Shown piece after piece: positions 37,716 to 50,900 of a stretch of DNA of 64,000 bases. The DNA comes from Hemiscyllium ocellatum. Lineage: Eukaryota. Below the pieces are notes generated by a model, which saw only the letters and a list, made by a program, of their open reading frames with translations, did not search any database and was not told the origin of the DNA. Positions within the stretch are counted from its first letter, which is position 1; each line of letters begins with the position of its first letter. The DNA lies in assembly GCF_020745735.1 (NCBI RefSeq), contig NC_083401.1:150409740-150473739 (forward strand), in the 5' to 3' direction. Both the position numbers and the translations under genes were made by a program.

Positions 37716-38795
37716 AAGGTGAGGACTGCAAATGCTGGAGATTAGAGTCAAGAGTGTGGTGCTGGAAATGCACAGCAGGTCAGGCAGCATCCGAGGAGCA
37801 GGAGAATAGATGTTTCAGACAAAAGCCCTTCATCAGGAATGAGGCTGGGAGCTAAGGGGATGGAGAGATAAATGGGAGGGGGTTTGCGGCTAGGGAGAAG
37901 GTAGCTGAGAGTGTGATAGATGGATGGTGATGGGGAGGATGGAATGGATAGTTGGGAAGGAAGATGGATAGGTAGGACAAGTCATGAGGGTGGCATTGAT
38001 TTGAAAGGTTGGAACTGGGATAAAGTGGGGGAATGGAATGTGAGGACCCGAGTGCTATCAACATGGGATTGGAGGGTCCTGAGGCAGAAGATGAAGCATT
38101 CTTCCTCCTAGCGTCGTGTGGTTAGGGAGCGGCGATGGAAGAGGCCCAGGACCTGCACGTCCTTGGCAGAGTGGGAGGGGGAGTTGAAGTGTTCGGCTAC
38201 AGGGCAATGGGGTTGGTTGGTGCGGGTGTCCTGGAGATGGTTCTCTGAAGCGCTCTGTGAATAGGTGTCCTGTCTCCCTAGTGTAGAAGAAACTGCATTG
38301 AGAACAACGGATACAGTAAATGACACGTGGAAGTGCGGGTGAAACTTTGGATGTGGAAGGCTCCTTTGGGGCCTTGGATGGAGGTCTGGGTGCAGGTTTT
38401 GCAATTCCTGTGGTGGCAGGGGAAGGTGCCAGGAGGGGAGGGTGGGTTGTTTGGAGGCGGGGTGGGGGGGGGGCTGGTGGTGAGGGTGGACCTGACAAGG
38501 GAGTTGTGGAGGGACAGTCTTTATGGAATGTGGATAGGGTTGGAGAGGGAAATATTTCTCTGGTGGTGGGGTCCTTTTGTAGGTGGCAGAAATGGCAGAG
38601 AACGATTGATGTATGAAGAGGTTGTTGGGGTGGAAGGTGAGGACCGAGGAGAGTTCTGTCCTTGTTGCGGTTGGAGGGGTGGGGTTTGAGGGTGGAGGTG
38701 TGGGAACTGGATGAGAGAGTATCATCAATCATGTGGGAGGGTAAATTGCGGCCTTTAAAGGAGGCGGCCATCTGGTGTATTCTGTGGTGGAACTA
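37716..38795 (-). mobile_element. Neptune-type PLE 3' fragment (RT thumb region, GIY-YIG, pLTR, tail), decayed
   Basis: Minus-strand peptides MAASFKGRNLPSHMIDD, VIYCIRCSQC and VAEHFNSPSHSAKDVQVLG are paralogous to 21412-22641. The pLTR is at 37716-37845. Confidence 0.92.
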
Positions 38796-39082
38796 GGTAA
38801 GGCAGGTTTCACGAGGGGGTATGTCAAAATATTCCTCCACAAGTGTAAATACCTGATCATAATGGAAATGGCACTACAATTTCCAATGGAGCAGGGAGTC
38901 ACATGCTGACTGTAATTCTACAAATAACTAACATTAAACATGTTCATCGTAATGGTTAGCCTTGTCTTCTTCCACTGTTTCTTTTTATGGTTGCAGCTAG
39001 TGTTGCATGGGCAGAAGATGCTAAAGAATTGCAAATTGCATCTCTTTGCTCTGTCGTCTTTCAATGACAACATTTTTAAATT

Positions 39083-41840
39083 AGTGAGTTTTGAGAAGAT
39101 TTATGGCTCAGGTTGAGGTTCTGGAAGTAGGTTTGCTCGCTGAGTTGGGAAGTTCATTTTCAGACATTTCGTCACCATACTAGGTAACGTCATCAGTGAG
39201 CCTCCAGCTGAAGCACTGGTGGCATGGCCTGCTATCTATTTGTGTTTAGGTTTTCTTGGGTTTCGCCAATAAATAGAAAGTGGACCATACCACCAGTGCT
39301 TCATCTGAAGGCTCACTGGTGATGTTACCTAGCCTAATGATGAAATGTCTGAAAACAAACCTTCCAGCTCAATGAGCAAACCTACAACCAGGACTTCAAC
39401 TTGAGCTACAAATCTTCTCAAAACTCACAAACACCTATGGGTGCAATATACTAAAACTGGCCTGAAAATGGGAAACCAATGCCATCCGACAGAGCATCAC
39501 CCGTGAACAGCTGTACTTCCTGCATGAATGCCTAAGGTAACAGGTACTACCTAAATGTCTTCAATGCAACCCTCCCTTTAACACCCCACTAGCCAAAAGG
39601 ATAGCACAACAAAACGGTCACAGACCACTTAGGGAAATGATTAGTGATGCCCACAACAGACTCTGTAAATACAACCAGGAAGTTTTGCACCAAAAATCTT
39701 TACTCACTAATGCAACACGCCATGAATGGACAAACGCAGTACAACAAGCCATAAACATTAGACCGCGACAAACACAGAAAATGACAAAACTAGACCTGCA
39801 GAAATAACTAGACAAACTGACACAAAATAACAACTCAGGAGCATGGATAAAATAACTTATCTGACTGACCCTTGACAGACACTGAAAATGTTGTCTTAGT
39901 AAGCGGATTAAATTACAACTTGCAGGTTGTGGACGAGGAAGATTTCTTAGCACCATTAGAAACAACACTGAAAGACAACCAACTCTCAGAGGAAACCCAA
40001 CAAACCATCAGACAGACGGTCACACCAACATTAAGCAGGAAAAAGGAAACACACTGAATACACAGGAAAGGAAAGTGATAAAAAGACTTAAAAACATTGT
40101 TATCCTGCCCACAGACAAAGGATGCTTGACAGTCATTTTAAATCAAAGAGTCAACATTGAAAAAGCGAGTACACTACTTGCAGACATCAACATTTACCAA
40201 GAAGTGGTGATACATCTAACCCCACAACTAGAGAGCCGAATGAAGCCCTGCTCAAAAAAATTTCAGAAATCTGGAGAAATAAATAAACTGAAACCAGACG
40301 GATCCAACACCCCACGCTTCTATGGATTACACAAAATTCACAAACCAGGAGCCCCTCTCAGATGCATGGTCTCACTACCTGGAATATCAACTTACAGATG
40401 GCCAAGGAGCTACACCAATGACTAAAACACTTAGGAGAAGACTCACACCACTCTGTCCACTCCACCTAAGAATTCCTGAAGACCATCAAAGACACCAAGA
40501 TAGAAGAGGATGAAATAATGATCTCCTTTGATATAATAGCCCTGTTCACATCCATCAACATCAGCCTGACCAAGGAAACACTGACTACACTACTAGAAGA
40601 ACCAAAGTCGCACATATCAAACACGACCAACTTCATCAGCTAGGACAATATCGTCAAGCTAGTGGACCTGTGCCCTACCACACACTTTACCTTTAACAAA
40701 AAAACCTGTTGACAAGCCAATGGAACACCCATGGGATCTCTGATATCAAGGTTCATAGCAGAGACAGTAATGCAGAGACTGGAACATACAGCTCTGCCAA
40801 CCATCCAATCCAAACTTGGTGTCTGCTATGTGGATGACACCTTTGTCATCACTAAAGAAAACAAATTAGAGGAAACCTTCAAGACCATCAATAATACCCT
40901 TACTGGCATAAAATTCACTGAAGAGGAGGAAAACAACAAAAAAAACCCTGCCATTTCTAGATGTTGCAGTAGAGCAAACAGTCAATGGGGAACTTCAAAC
41001 CAGCATCTACAGGAAAACAACACATACAGACCAAATATTGAACTACAGAAGCAATCATTCCAACACCCACAAATGACAATCCATTAGAAAATTACTTCAA
41101 TGAGCCACCATGCACTGCATCATAGAGGAACTACGCAGAGCAGAAGAAAATCACCTGTATCATTTATTCAAAAAGAATGGGTACCCAATGAACTCAGTCT
41201 GCCGATTTCTCAGCAACAAACCCCGACAAGCAGACAAAGCACGTCCAGAAACCCTAGCCACTCTCCCCTACATCAAAGACATCTCCGAAATGACTGCCAG
41301 ACCACTCAGACTTGGCAGCATGCTAACCCACAAACCCGCCAATGCACTAAAATGGCAGCTAATTAAATTGAAAGACCCTATACATACAACAAGCAAAACT
41401 AATATCATTTACAAAATACCATGCAAGAACTGGAACAAACACTACATTGGACAAACAGGCAAAAAACTAGCCACCAGGATACAGGAACCTCAACGACATG
41501 ACCCACTCTCACTAGTATTCTTACATACAGATGAGGGAGGATACCACTTTGACTGGGACAGCACATCAATCCTCGGACAAGACACGCACGAGAATTCCTA
41601 GAAGCATGGCATTCCAACCAGAACTCTATCAACAAACACATTGACTTGGATCCGATTGGCTACCCTTGAGGAAAAATAACAGGAAATGACATCACCGACC
41701 CACGGAAACCTAAACACATCCATAGAAAGCGGCCCATGCCACCAGTGCTTCATCCAGAGGCTCACTGATGTTACCTAGTATGGTGACAAAACGTCTGAAA
41801 ACGTACCTTCCAGCTCAGTGAGCAAACCTGCATCCAGAAC
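39083..41840 (+). mobile_element. Penelope-like retroelement (Poseidon-type), essentially full length, decayed
   Basis: Inverted pLTR 39083-39262, direct pLTR ~39269-39429, ORF remnants (ILPTDKG, PRFYGLHKIHKPG, GTPMGS, YVDDTF, ATLPYIKDISE, IYKIPCK..YIGQTG) and 3' pLTR ~41685-41840. There is no Cys linker between RT and EN. Many stops and frameshifts. Confidence 0.93.
39160..39199 (-). ncRNA. Minimal type I hammerhead ribozyme in Poseidon pLTR
   Basis: Minus strand reads UCA-CUGAUGA-C-GUUACC-UAGUAU-GGUGAC-GAAAU-GUC-UGA. More decayed plus-strand paralogues lie at ~8716-8755, ~39313-39352 and ~41762-41798. Confidence 0.75.
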
Positions 41841-42351
41841 ATTAAATATTGCACTACTCTCTTTTTGTTAGCTGATGTATCATTGCTAGCTTTGCTAACT
41901 TTGCCTGCATTTTCTTTTACACTAACTGATTTTATAAAGGTTGAAGTAAGCAATAAAAATGTACCAGCCTTTGTGAAGGATATTGCCATTTCATGTGTCT
42001 GTAGACATCAACCTAACTTTAATTGACTGCATTCTTTTCAGTCTATCTATTCCTTGTCAGCAACATTTGCACATGGGCTGGGAATTTCCTTTGATTTGCT
42101 CCTTGGGTATTGTATGTAAATAGGTAATTTATTTTGGAAAAAAGATGTCTTAAAAGTCTTGGGGCAGAATCATCCCAGGAACTGAACAAATTGGGCATTA
42201 GTGACAAATTTGGTAAAAAGGTGAGATACTGGCAGTAAGGAACTACTTGACATTGAAAACAAAAATGTCCTTTTGAACCAAGTGTTGAATGCTGCAGTGA
42301 GATTCCTAGTGAGTGGTAATAGGCCAATTTGTACAATTTAATAGAATAAGG

Positions 42352-43148
42352 TCTGGTCGATATCCAGGCTTGGGCTGACAAGTGGCAGATATAATTTGCT
42401 CTGCACAACTTTTGGGCAATGACCGTCTCCAATTAGACACAATCTAATCATCGGCCCTTGACGTTCAATGGTGTTACCATTACAGAATCTTCCAGTATTA
42501 ACATCCTGGGGGTTATCATTGACCAGAAACTCAACTGGACTAATAGCTACTCTATTATTATGACAAGAGCAAGTCAGAAGCTAGGGATACTGCAACAAGT
42601 AACTCACCTCCTGACTGCCAAAGTCTGTTCACTATCTTCAAAACACACATCAGAAGCATGATTGGATACTACCCCCACCACCCCCCCCCCCCCCCCCCCC
42701 CCACCTTTCCCGGATGAGTGAAATTCCAACAACACTCCAGAAGCTTGACAGCAATCAGTACAAGGATATTGCTTGATTGGCATCACTTCTACAAGCATCT
42801 GTTCGTGAAGAGCAGTGTGCATTATCTACAACTTCGCTACAGAAACTTGTCAAAGGTCCTTAGTGAGCAGCTTCCAAACCCGCAACCACTTAGATCTAGA
42901 AGGCTCAGAGACAGCCGATGCATGGGAACACCACTACATACAAGTTTTTCTCCAAGCCACGTCCCATCCTGACTTGGAAATATATCATCATTCATGCACT
43001 GTTGCTGGGTCAAAATCCTGGAATGCCCGCCTGAACAGCATTGTGGGTTTACCCAAAGCATAAACGCAATTTCTCAAACACAATTAAGAATGTGCAGTAA
43101 ATGTTAGCTAGTTTGTGATGCTCCCATCCCATGAGTAAACTTGAAAAA
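42352..43148 (+). mobile_element. CR1-group family B 3' fragment
   Basis: TFNGVTITESSSINILGVIIDQKLNW; family B tail. Confidence 0.85.
42681..42702 (+). repeat. Poly-C tract (22 nt) in CR1 family B
   Basis: Direct reading. Confidence 0.9.
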
Positions 43149-45682
43149 TGTTTCCTATTCTCAAACCCACCAGATAGAAACTAGATGGCAACAGTTCCCC
43201 ACATGAAAGTTTGAGCGAGTACCTAGTGACTCCAACTCACTACTTGTTTGTCTCGCCCTCTACCTTAGGCACTATTCACCAACATCTCAGGACCCATTCC
43301 ATGTGCAGTAACTACACTCACTCTACATCCATGGATATTGGCACTGGACACCATGCTCCATAGCATATCTCTGACCCCCTTGCAAAACTGTTCTCCACTT
43401 CTATGTGACAATGTGGAGTGCACCTTTCATTGGAATGCTGCTGCAAGGAAACTTTGCATGCAAGATCAAGCATCCATCTTATAGCTTGGATTAGGCTGAT
43501 CTCGAAGACCTCATTTGCTCTTGTAGCACTCATTCACTTTATACTTGTTTACATGCCCACCGCATCTGCCCTTCTTGCCTTTTTTGTGCTTTGACTCTGC
43601 AGGCAAAGCTTAAAATCTCACAGTATCCCCTGTTTTACCTTGCTGTTAAGCGCAGACCCAAAGCCAGGCAGCTTGCCTTGATTGTCAGCAATAATTCATC
43701 GGGACGATGGTTACGTTGCTGTATGTGACACCGTATGACATCATTCTCACACTTTGTTCCTTGTTCCACATTCCATTGACCAAGTGGCCATGTCTCAGAT
43801 TCGAAGGAATGTGGTGCCCAGTGAAGTCAAAGTAGGCACACTTCAGTCGGGTGTTCAATTACACTAAGTTCAGGTTCAGCCTCCAGTGTCTATCCAGGTC
43901 TTGGGAGTGGCCAGTTCGCTTTGGGCAGGCAGGTCAGAGGGTCTGTACCTCTGCATTCTGAGAAGTAGACCGAGTCAACTTTTGAGCCCAGTGTAAACAA
44001 TCCAGGATTAGTGGCAAGACAGTCCAGCAAGTTACCTGGAGGTCATTGAGTTCTGGTCGGTTATCAGTTGGGCTGGTTTGTCCATGTCACTCAAGGGAAT
44101 GAACTGTGGTTGCTGCGCATGAGGACTGGGGTCAGCCCACTAACAGTCTTGGGGATGGTGAGGTTAGTGGGGTCCAGTGCTGTTGGAGGGAAGCCCATCA
44201 ATTCTGTATGTGTATTTAGAGTGGAACCTATCACCATGTCTGTTTTTAAAAGAAAAACTTCCATTTATACCATATCTTGTGATCACAGAATATGCTTTGC
44301 TGTCGATTTAGATATCTATTAATGTTGTCCTTATTGTATTGTGGCAATTAATTTGTGGACAGCAAGTTTTTTTTATAAAAGCATAGTGATAATGACTAGG
44401 TAATCTACTTTGCATGTTGCATATTGAGTAATACACCAGAAAGGTGTCCCATCCCTACTTTCAGTAGTGTCATGGAATACTTTATATTCTCCTGTGAGGG
44501 CAGATAGCATCATGGTTTAATATTTCGTCAAGCAAACATCTCTAACAGTCCAACATTTCCTTAGTACTGCACCCACTGTCTACTTAGATTATAGTACTGA
44601 AATATCCAGAGAAAGCATCTCTTTGACTGAGAACTGAGTATTGCACGCTGAGGCATAAGTAACACTGCATTGAAAATAGTTTGGTTATTCAGCTTGGTAG
44701 GATGTTGCCTCAATAGCAGTAGCACTAAGTGGAAATGTATTCATGGCTTTCATTTTTTCTATTCTCTGCTATTGAGCCTCAATATATTAGATCTCTAGTA
44801 TTTCCAATTTTCAATTCCATATCAAGTGGAATACAAGGTGTGCTGACTTTTTATTTGCCAGAATGAACTCACTAAAAGGAATTTGTAGAGAGTTGCTGAG
44901 TGAAACTAATGTGGTGCTCCTAGCAAAAAGGCTTCACATTAAATTTCTTTCCTTTTATATTCATAATTGGAATTTGATGGCTGTAACATGTAATATGGGC
45001 ACTAGCCAACAACAAAAGACAAGCTGACAAGAACTGACATTTGAACAAAAACCCACTGCCTACACAAGTGTGATGGACCAAATCACCACCTTGTCATTAT
45101 ATTGTAATTCATTGCTGGACATGTTATCATATACTGAGCAATAATTTAAACCAAAATTTTATCTACACTGTTACTGATTGCTAATGTATGTTTTCAATTG
45201 AGGTTTGAATAAATCTCAGTCACTAAAAAATGGAGAAGATAATAAAAATATAGACAGCAATTTTTGTTTGTTGTGAAGTGAATGACAACAGCCTTTTCAA
45301 AACTCTGAAACATGGCACATAATCATATGGTTTCTTTGAGTGCAGATTCATTTTGTTATTTCTAAAATGCAATTCTCCACTTATAATAGTGGAGTGACAT
45401 GCACAATTTTCTTCATCTAAAAGAACCATTCCTGGTTTGAGCTAACTTTGGAAGATTCTAATTATTGCCCCCACAATCTTTGCTGTTACTTTTAATCCCC
45501 TGTGATGAAAACCATTTGATCCTGAGACTATTATTCTTTAACCGTTATTTTGTTTCTTCCACTACAATCATCTGCTGATGTCCTGTGCCTGATTTTTAAG
45601 ATTGTATAATTTCTGAGAGCAAATAATGTCATAATTAATGTAACTTAATTCTTCCTTTCTTAAGTTGTTTTTAAAGGCCCAC

Positions 45683-45709
45683 TGTGTGTGTGTGTGTGTG
45701 TGTGTGTGT
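45683..45709 (+). repeat. (TG)13 microsatellite
   Basis: Direct reading. Confidence 0.95.
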
Positions 45710-47134
45710 AGGTAGTTGCTGGTCTGGCTGCTGTACTGAAGCAAGTACAATTAATAACCTGTCACCATGAAGCAACTAAGCTGTGGAGATCTTGCTGAAT
45801 TCATTGTGAGTAAATGGAGAATACCTTTTAGAATGTTTCAGTGTAGAGTTAACATAATGCTGATAATCTGTTACAACCAAAACACATATCCAGTCAAACA
45901 ACAAGGAAATCGTTGATACTGAAACGCACAAGAACTGGAATTGTTTTATTCCATTGATGCTAGGTTGACTGCAGATTTAGTAATTGGCAAGCAAAGAACA
46001 TCACAGGTGACAGTGACAGTGCCTAACGTCACTATTTTGGCAGATGTTCATGATTCCCAGTTTGTTATTTAAAAATAAAGTATGAACGATCTGAACTATT
46101 CAGTGCCTCCATGCCTGGCTGTAGGTGAGACAAGCTGTCTCACTATGATTGTTATCTAGTTAAGATCAACTCTGATGATTAGAATAGAAAATAATGAAAG
46201 TGCACAGCAGGTGTGTCAGCAACTGAAAAGGGAGACTTCGCATTTAACATTTTGGCTGCAGTGAATGCATCAGATCTATTTGAAATGGGAAATTACAAAA
46301 GGAGTCTTATGGCACAGTGATTTTGTCCCGATATCTAGTCAGAACATCTGGGTTCAAATCTCAGCTGCCCTGGATGCACATCATAACCCATCCAAAACAT
46401 TGATCAGAAATAATTTAGAAATGTGAAATTAAAACAGATCAATTTTTAACTTTTTTCACCCCAATCCAACACTGGCACCTCCAAGTCATGGAGACCCATT
46501 CACAAATGAGATCTTTTCCTGCACGATCCCCCACACTATTGCTTTCGCTGCAAAGCTGCACATTCGTTGTATTTATGGTATCACTGCAAATGCATTACAT
46601 ACGTAGGTTTGTTATGATTAGCAGGTATAAACCTGCTGTGGGTGCCTTCCTGCTTTTACAATTGTGTAATCTTGGTGCTGTTTGTGATAGCTTTCATCAC
46701 TGAAAACTGGGTGTCCCTGATGATGCTTACCTTTCACTCTGTCAGCAGCTGCAGAAATTGGAATTTCTCTAAGTAATAGGTTGGGTTTATATTTGAAAAG
46801 GTTATTCCATGTAAATACCAAGCACTTAGTCATTGGTTAATCTGCTCCCATGTTACACTATTTGTGACTCCAATAAGCTGCTTGTGTTTATTTTCCAAAT
46901 GGCATCTTTGCTGTCATCCCAAAGCCTTCTCTGTCTGGACCATGATTCCCCAGAGCTAGTCTAGGCCTCCTGTCTGGGTAAACTGAATATACTCTGTCAG
47001 GGCTAATTGACGTTGCCGACACTATATTCAATCTGTACTTCCATTAAACAGCACTGCATTGTGGGGTGTTCAATTTAGGCCTCTTGAGTAAGTTCATTCA
47101 TACAGAGTATGAACTCTACCAACTGTGAAGTGAA

Positions 47135-48541
47135 TTTTCTTTTTATTAGATATTTTTATTGGAAATGTAACATTTTTACAAGTTTGCAAAAATAAACAAA
47201 ACTCTCCAGTACAAACATTGATCTACAATTAAATCTTAAATAAATAATAACCAAAATTTAACAAAAGAAAAATACAGAGGAAAAAAAAACAACTAACTAC
47301 TAATCTAACCTACAACTAACCAGAGTGTATAATTAAGTCTCTTACATTATTCAAATTAGAGAAAAAAAAAACACAGAAATTGGATAGTGAGATACATGCT
47401 CGGAATGTGTTAACATCAAATGTAACAAAACCCGTATTCGTGCGGGATTCTTCTCCCAAGGGGTCCTGGACCAGCCAGGTTTGCAATTTCAATTAAATAA
47501 ATAGGATAGCCGAAATATCAGTATTTATATAATTCAAGAAGGGCTGCCATATTTTATAAAATAATTCAGTCTTTCGCTGCACCATATTTGGAAGGAAGTC
47601 AAGGGGAATACATTCCATAATTAATCTGTGCCAATTTGAAAGTCCAGGGGGGCCCTCAGCCACCCAGTTCACCAAAATATTTTTCCTTGCACAGAAAGAG
47701 AATAGAAAATAATCTCTTCCTGCGCATATCCAGGGAGGGTAAGTTTGAAAAGTCCAAAAGGAGAGATACAGAGTCCACTTTAATTTCCATTCCTAAAATT
47801 TCTGTCAGGTTACTTGCTACGTTAGTCCAGTATCTACGGATCTTACGACAGGTCCATAGGCAACGTACAAGAGTGCCCACCTCCATTTTACATTTGGGAC
47901 ACATTGGAGATGCTCCTGCCTTAGATTTTGCCAATCGATCCGGTGCTATATGGGCCCGATGAAGTATCTTCAGCTGGATAGTCTGAGTTCTGTTGCAGAT
48001 GGTGATTCTTCTGGCGTTTTCCCAAATGCCATTCCACGATTCTGTAGAGATTTTTAGTCCCAAATCCTGATCCCATGTTTTAAGCAGATTGTCCATATCT
48101 CCCGATACTTCAGCATGTAGTAAATGATAAATAGTACTGATGGAAGGTACCCCCATTGGTCGTAGCACTCTACCTTCTCAATCTGATTTATAAAGACTAT
48201 CTAATAACGTAATCTTCTTCTGTATATAATCTCGAATTTGAAAGTATCGAAAGAGGCCTCCATTAGGTAATCCGAATTTCTGATGCAGCTGTTCAAAAGA
48301 CATCAGGACCCCTTCTTTAAATAGGTCCCCTAAACATGAGATATCCCTGGATCTCCAGAGTTTAAAAGTGGCATCTGTAAACCCCGGTTGAAATCCCCTT
48401 TGCCGCATTATATTCCAAGCTTTTAATTGTGTTTAGTATTATAGGGTTTTTACAGTGATCCGTAATGATTTTCCTTTTGTCTGAAAATAAAAGGTTAATA
48501 AGTGGACATTTTACTTGAGGAGCCTCGATGTTCAGCCAGAT
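47135..48541 (-). mobile_element. L1-clade LINE, 5'-truncated
   Basis: ORF2 C-terminal Cys domain (LKILHRAH...CPKC..GTLVRCLWTC..IRRYW), 3' UTR, AATAAA and an A-rich end. There is an 11-bp TSD tgtgaagtgaa at 47124-47134 and 48542-48552. Confidence 0.92.
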
Positions 48542-49149
48542 TGTGAAGTGAACTTTGACTTTGGACTTTGTTTATTCACAATTTCTGACTACTATTGCTA
48601 TGATGGCCAGTTACTTTATAATTTGGTTCATAATTTTAATAAATGTCCATTTAAGATACATTTAACTTTGCATGTAAAATGCAGCAAATTAATTAGTTGG
48701 TTTTGTTAATGCTGTTAAATCCCTTGAATAGTTTACATGAAAACCATGAATTGTGTCCAGGCTTCCGGTAAGAACCAAAGCTTACCGCTCCAGAAATAGT
48801 GAGAAATATGGACTGTGTACACTTAATGTAAAATAAGTGATTCTTGGTCAGTTGCCCATTTTAACTTGCTCCTGATTTTCATTGCTCCTGAAATCATTTG
48901 AGAAGATGATTCAGGCGAGAGAGAAAATAAGCAATTGCACTAATCGCACAAAGTCCAAATTTCCTGGTTATTATTTTGAATATGTTGAGGTTTTCTTTCC
49001 ATTGTTTATGGTAAGATAAAACCCATCATGACTGCATTACCATATGGCAAAAACTGATTGAAATAATGGTAGCATAGATGCTAAAAATGTATAGCTTTAA
49101 TATTCCTTAAATCAGATTTTAGTTGAACAGAGCTTTGAGTATTGCTTTT

Positions 49150-49338
49150 GGTCATAGTCATAGAGATGTACCGCATGGAAACAGACCTTTCTGCCTAACA
49201 TGTCTATGCCAACCAGATATCATAAACTAATCTAGTCCCATTTGCTAGCACTTGGCTTATATCCCTCTAAACCAGATGCCTTTTAAGTTTTTTAATTGTA
49301 TCAGCCCCTACCACTTCCTTTGACAACTCATTCCAACT
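49150..49338 (-). mobile_element. CR1 tail fragment
   Basis: gtcatagtcatagagatgtaccgcatggaaacagacc. Confidence 0.8.
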
Positions 49339-49899
49339 TATAATCATCAGGACAATTCATAAGAATACAAATTCAAGGGGAAACTAATATCTATACAATG
49401 TGAGAAGAAAACACTGATTTTATTGGCTAATTGACTTTTGTTAGTAGAGGTATTATCATGGAGAATACACCCCAATGAAAGTTGATTGACCGTTAACTGC
49501 CAGTCTTTGTCTAAATTTTAAAGGAGGCAGATTGTCTCTGACTCTGGTCAGAGCATTGCCCTGAGAAATGAACCATTGAATTCTGAAAAATGAAAAGGTT
49601 TGTCAAAATGTGTTTTTATTTCTAAATACTCGAATCAGCTTTTTTCTTTGGGGGGGAAGAAAAACGTCAGGGTTGTACATATATTTAGATAGTTGCACTG
49701 CTGTAGAAACCAAAGAGACCTTAGGTTTTGGTATTCCAGTGTACACTGTTGGGTAATCTCAGCCTTTGTTCAGGGAAATTGATATAATTGGGCCTTGAGT
49801 TCTTGGTTGAAGGTAAAGTTTATCGATCCTGCTCCTGATTGCTTTGGCAATCTCTGCTGTAAGAACACATGCGTGAATGTTGTATGAAAAGAAGAAAAA

Positions 49900-50345
49900 C
49901 TTCTTTTTAAGTCGTGCTTTTCACAACCAATGGATAGCTCATGTGTTTTACAGCTAATTAATTACTTTTGAAGTATAGTCACTGCTTTAACGTGAAAAGT
50001 GAGTAGCATCCAATTGTGTTCATAACAAACTCCTGCAAACAACAATGCAATAATGACTAGAGAATTTATTTTGTGGTATTGATTGATTGAGGGATAAGTA
50101 ATTATTTAAATATTTGTATTAATTCTCCTCTTCAAAATGCTTTCATCCCATGCAAATGGGACCTCAGTTAATATCTCACAGGAAGATTGTGTTTTGAACA
50201 ATGCTGTGCTCGGATGATTGTTGTGTTCAGATGATTGTTGTGCTCAGATGATTGTTGTGCTCAGATGATTGTTGTGCTCAAGTTCTGGTATGGGATTTGA
50301 ACTTTGTGACATAGAAGTGAGTGTGCAAGCAACTGTCACTGTGCA
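49900..50345 (-). mobile_element. Deu-domain SINE-like, decayed
   Basis: The reverse complement shows a Deu-like core and an L2-like tail (gctaattaattacttttgaagtatagtcactg). Similar copies lie at ~44430-44660 and ~59290-59635. Confidence 0.55.
50202..50280 (+). repeat. 17-bp minisatellite, ~4.6 copies
   Basis: Unit tgttgtgctcagatgat. Confidence 0.95.
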
Positions 50346-50639
50346 TGCTCTTATACATTGCTGTCATTACTCTAAGGAAGTTGAGACCAGCTGCGCAATC
50401 TACTATGGTCAGATACACTATTGTTACGCAATGGGAAGGTTGACATTGCAATTTGCAAATTAATGTCATGCCTGCCATCCATGAATTCATTATGCAGCAA
50501 AAAATCAACACTGTTAAGAAAGAAAAGTGGCAAGGTTTTGTATTTAGGAAGGACATACAATGCTTTGTTAGTTAAATCAAATGGGTTTTGTGTGGAATCT
50601 TCCCTTCCTGAGCAATGGCTGAGAAAGTAATGTAAAGGG

Positions 50640-50900
50640 AAGACAATTAGCAGTTGTGCATTCCATCAGGGAGATATGTACCACTTTTCTGGAACCATAG
50701 GAAGTTTATTCTGTTTGGGAGGACCTTCCCACTTGGCATCCAGCTGAGACCCTTCACTTGTCAATTATTGACTGTCTAAGTGTCTCTTCAGCATGCTACC
50801 ATGATTCAATTCAATTTCATTCCTGATGGGAAGGTGTATTGGCAGCCTTCTCACCCAGTATAATGAAGTGATCTGCTTGTCGGCTGGGGCCAGTGTTTTC
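50640..50900 (-). mobile_element. Probable Harbinger transposase C-terminal remnant
   Basis: IRNEIELNHGSMLKRHLDS...GMHN resembles TRxxIEQxIGxLKxRFRCLD...LHN. Confidence 0.35.

Noticed and set aside
50202-50280. CRISPR-like array
   Set aside because: Head-to-tail repeats without spacers in eukaryotic DNA.
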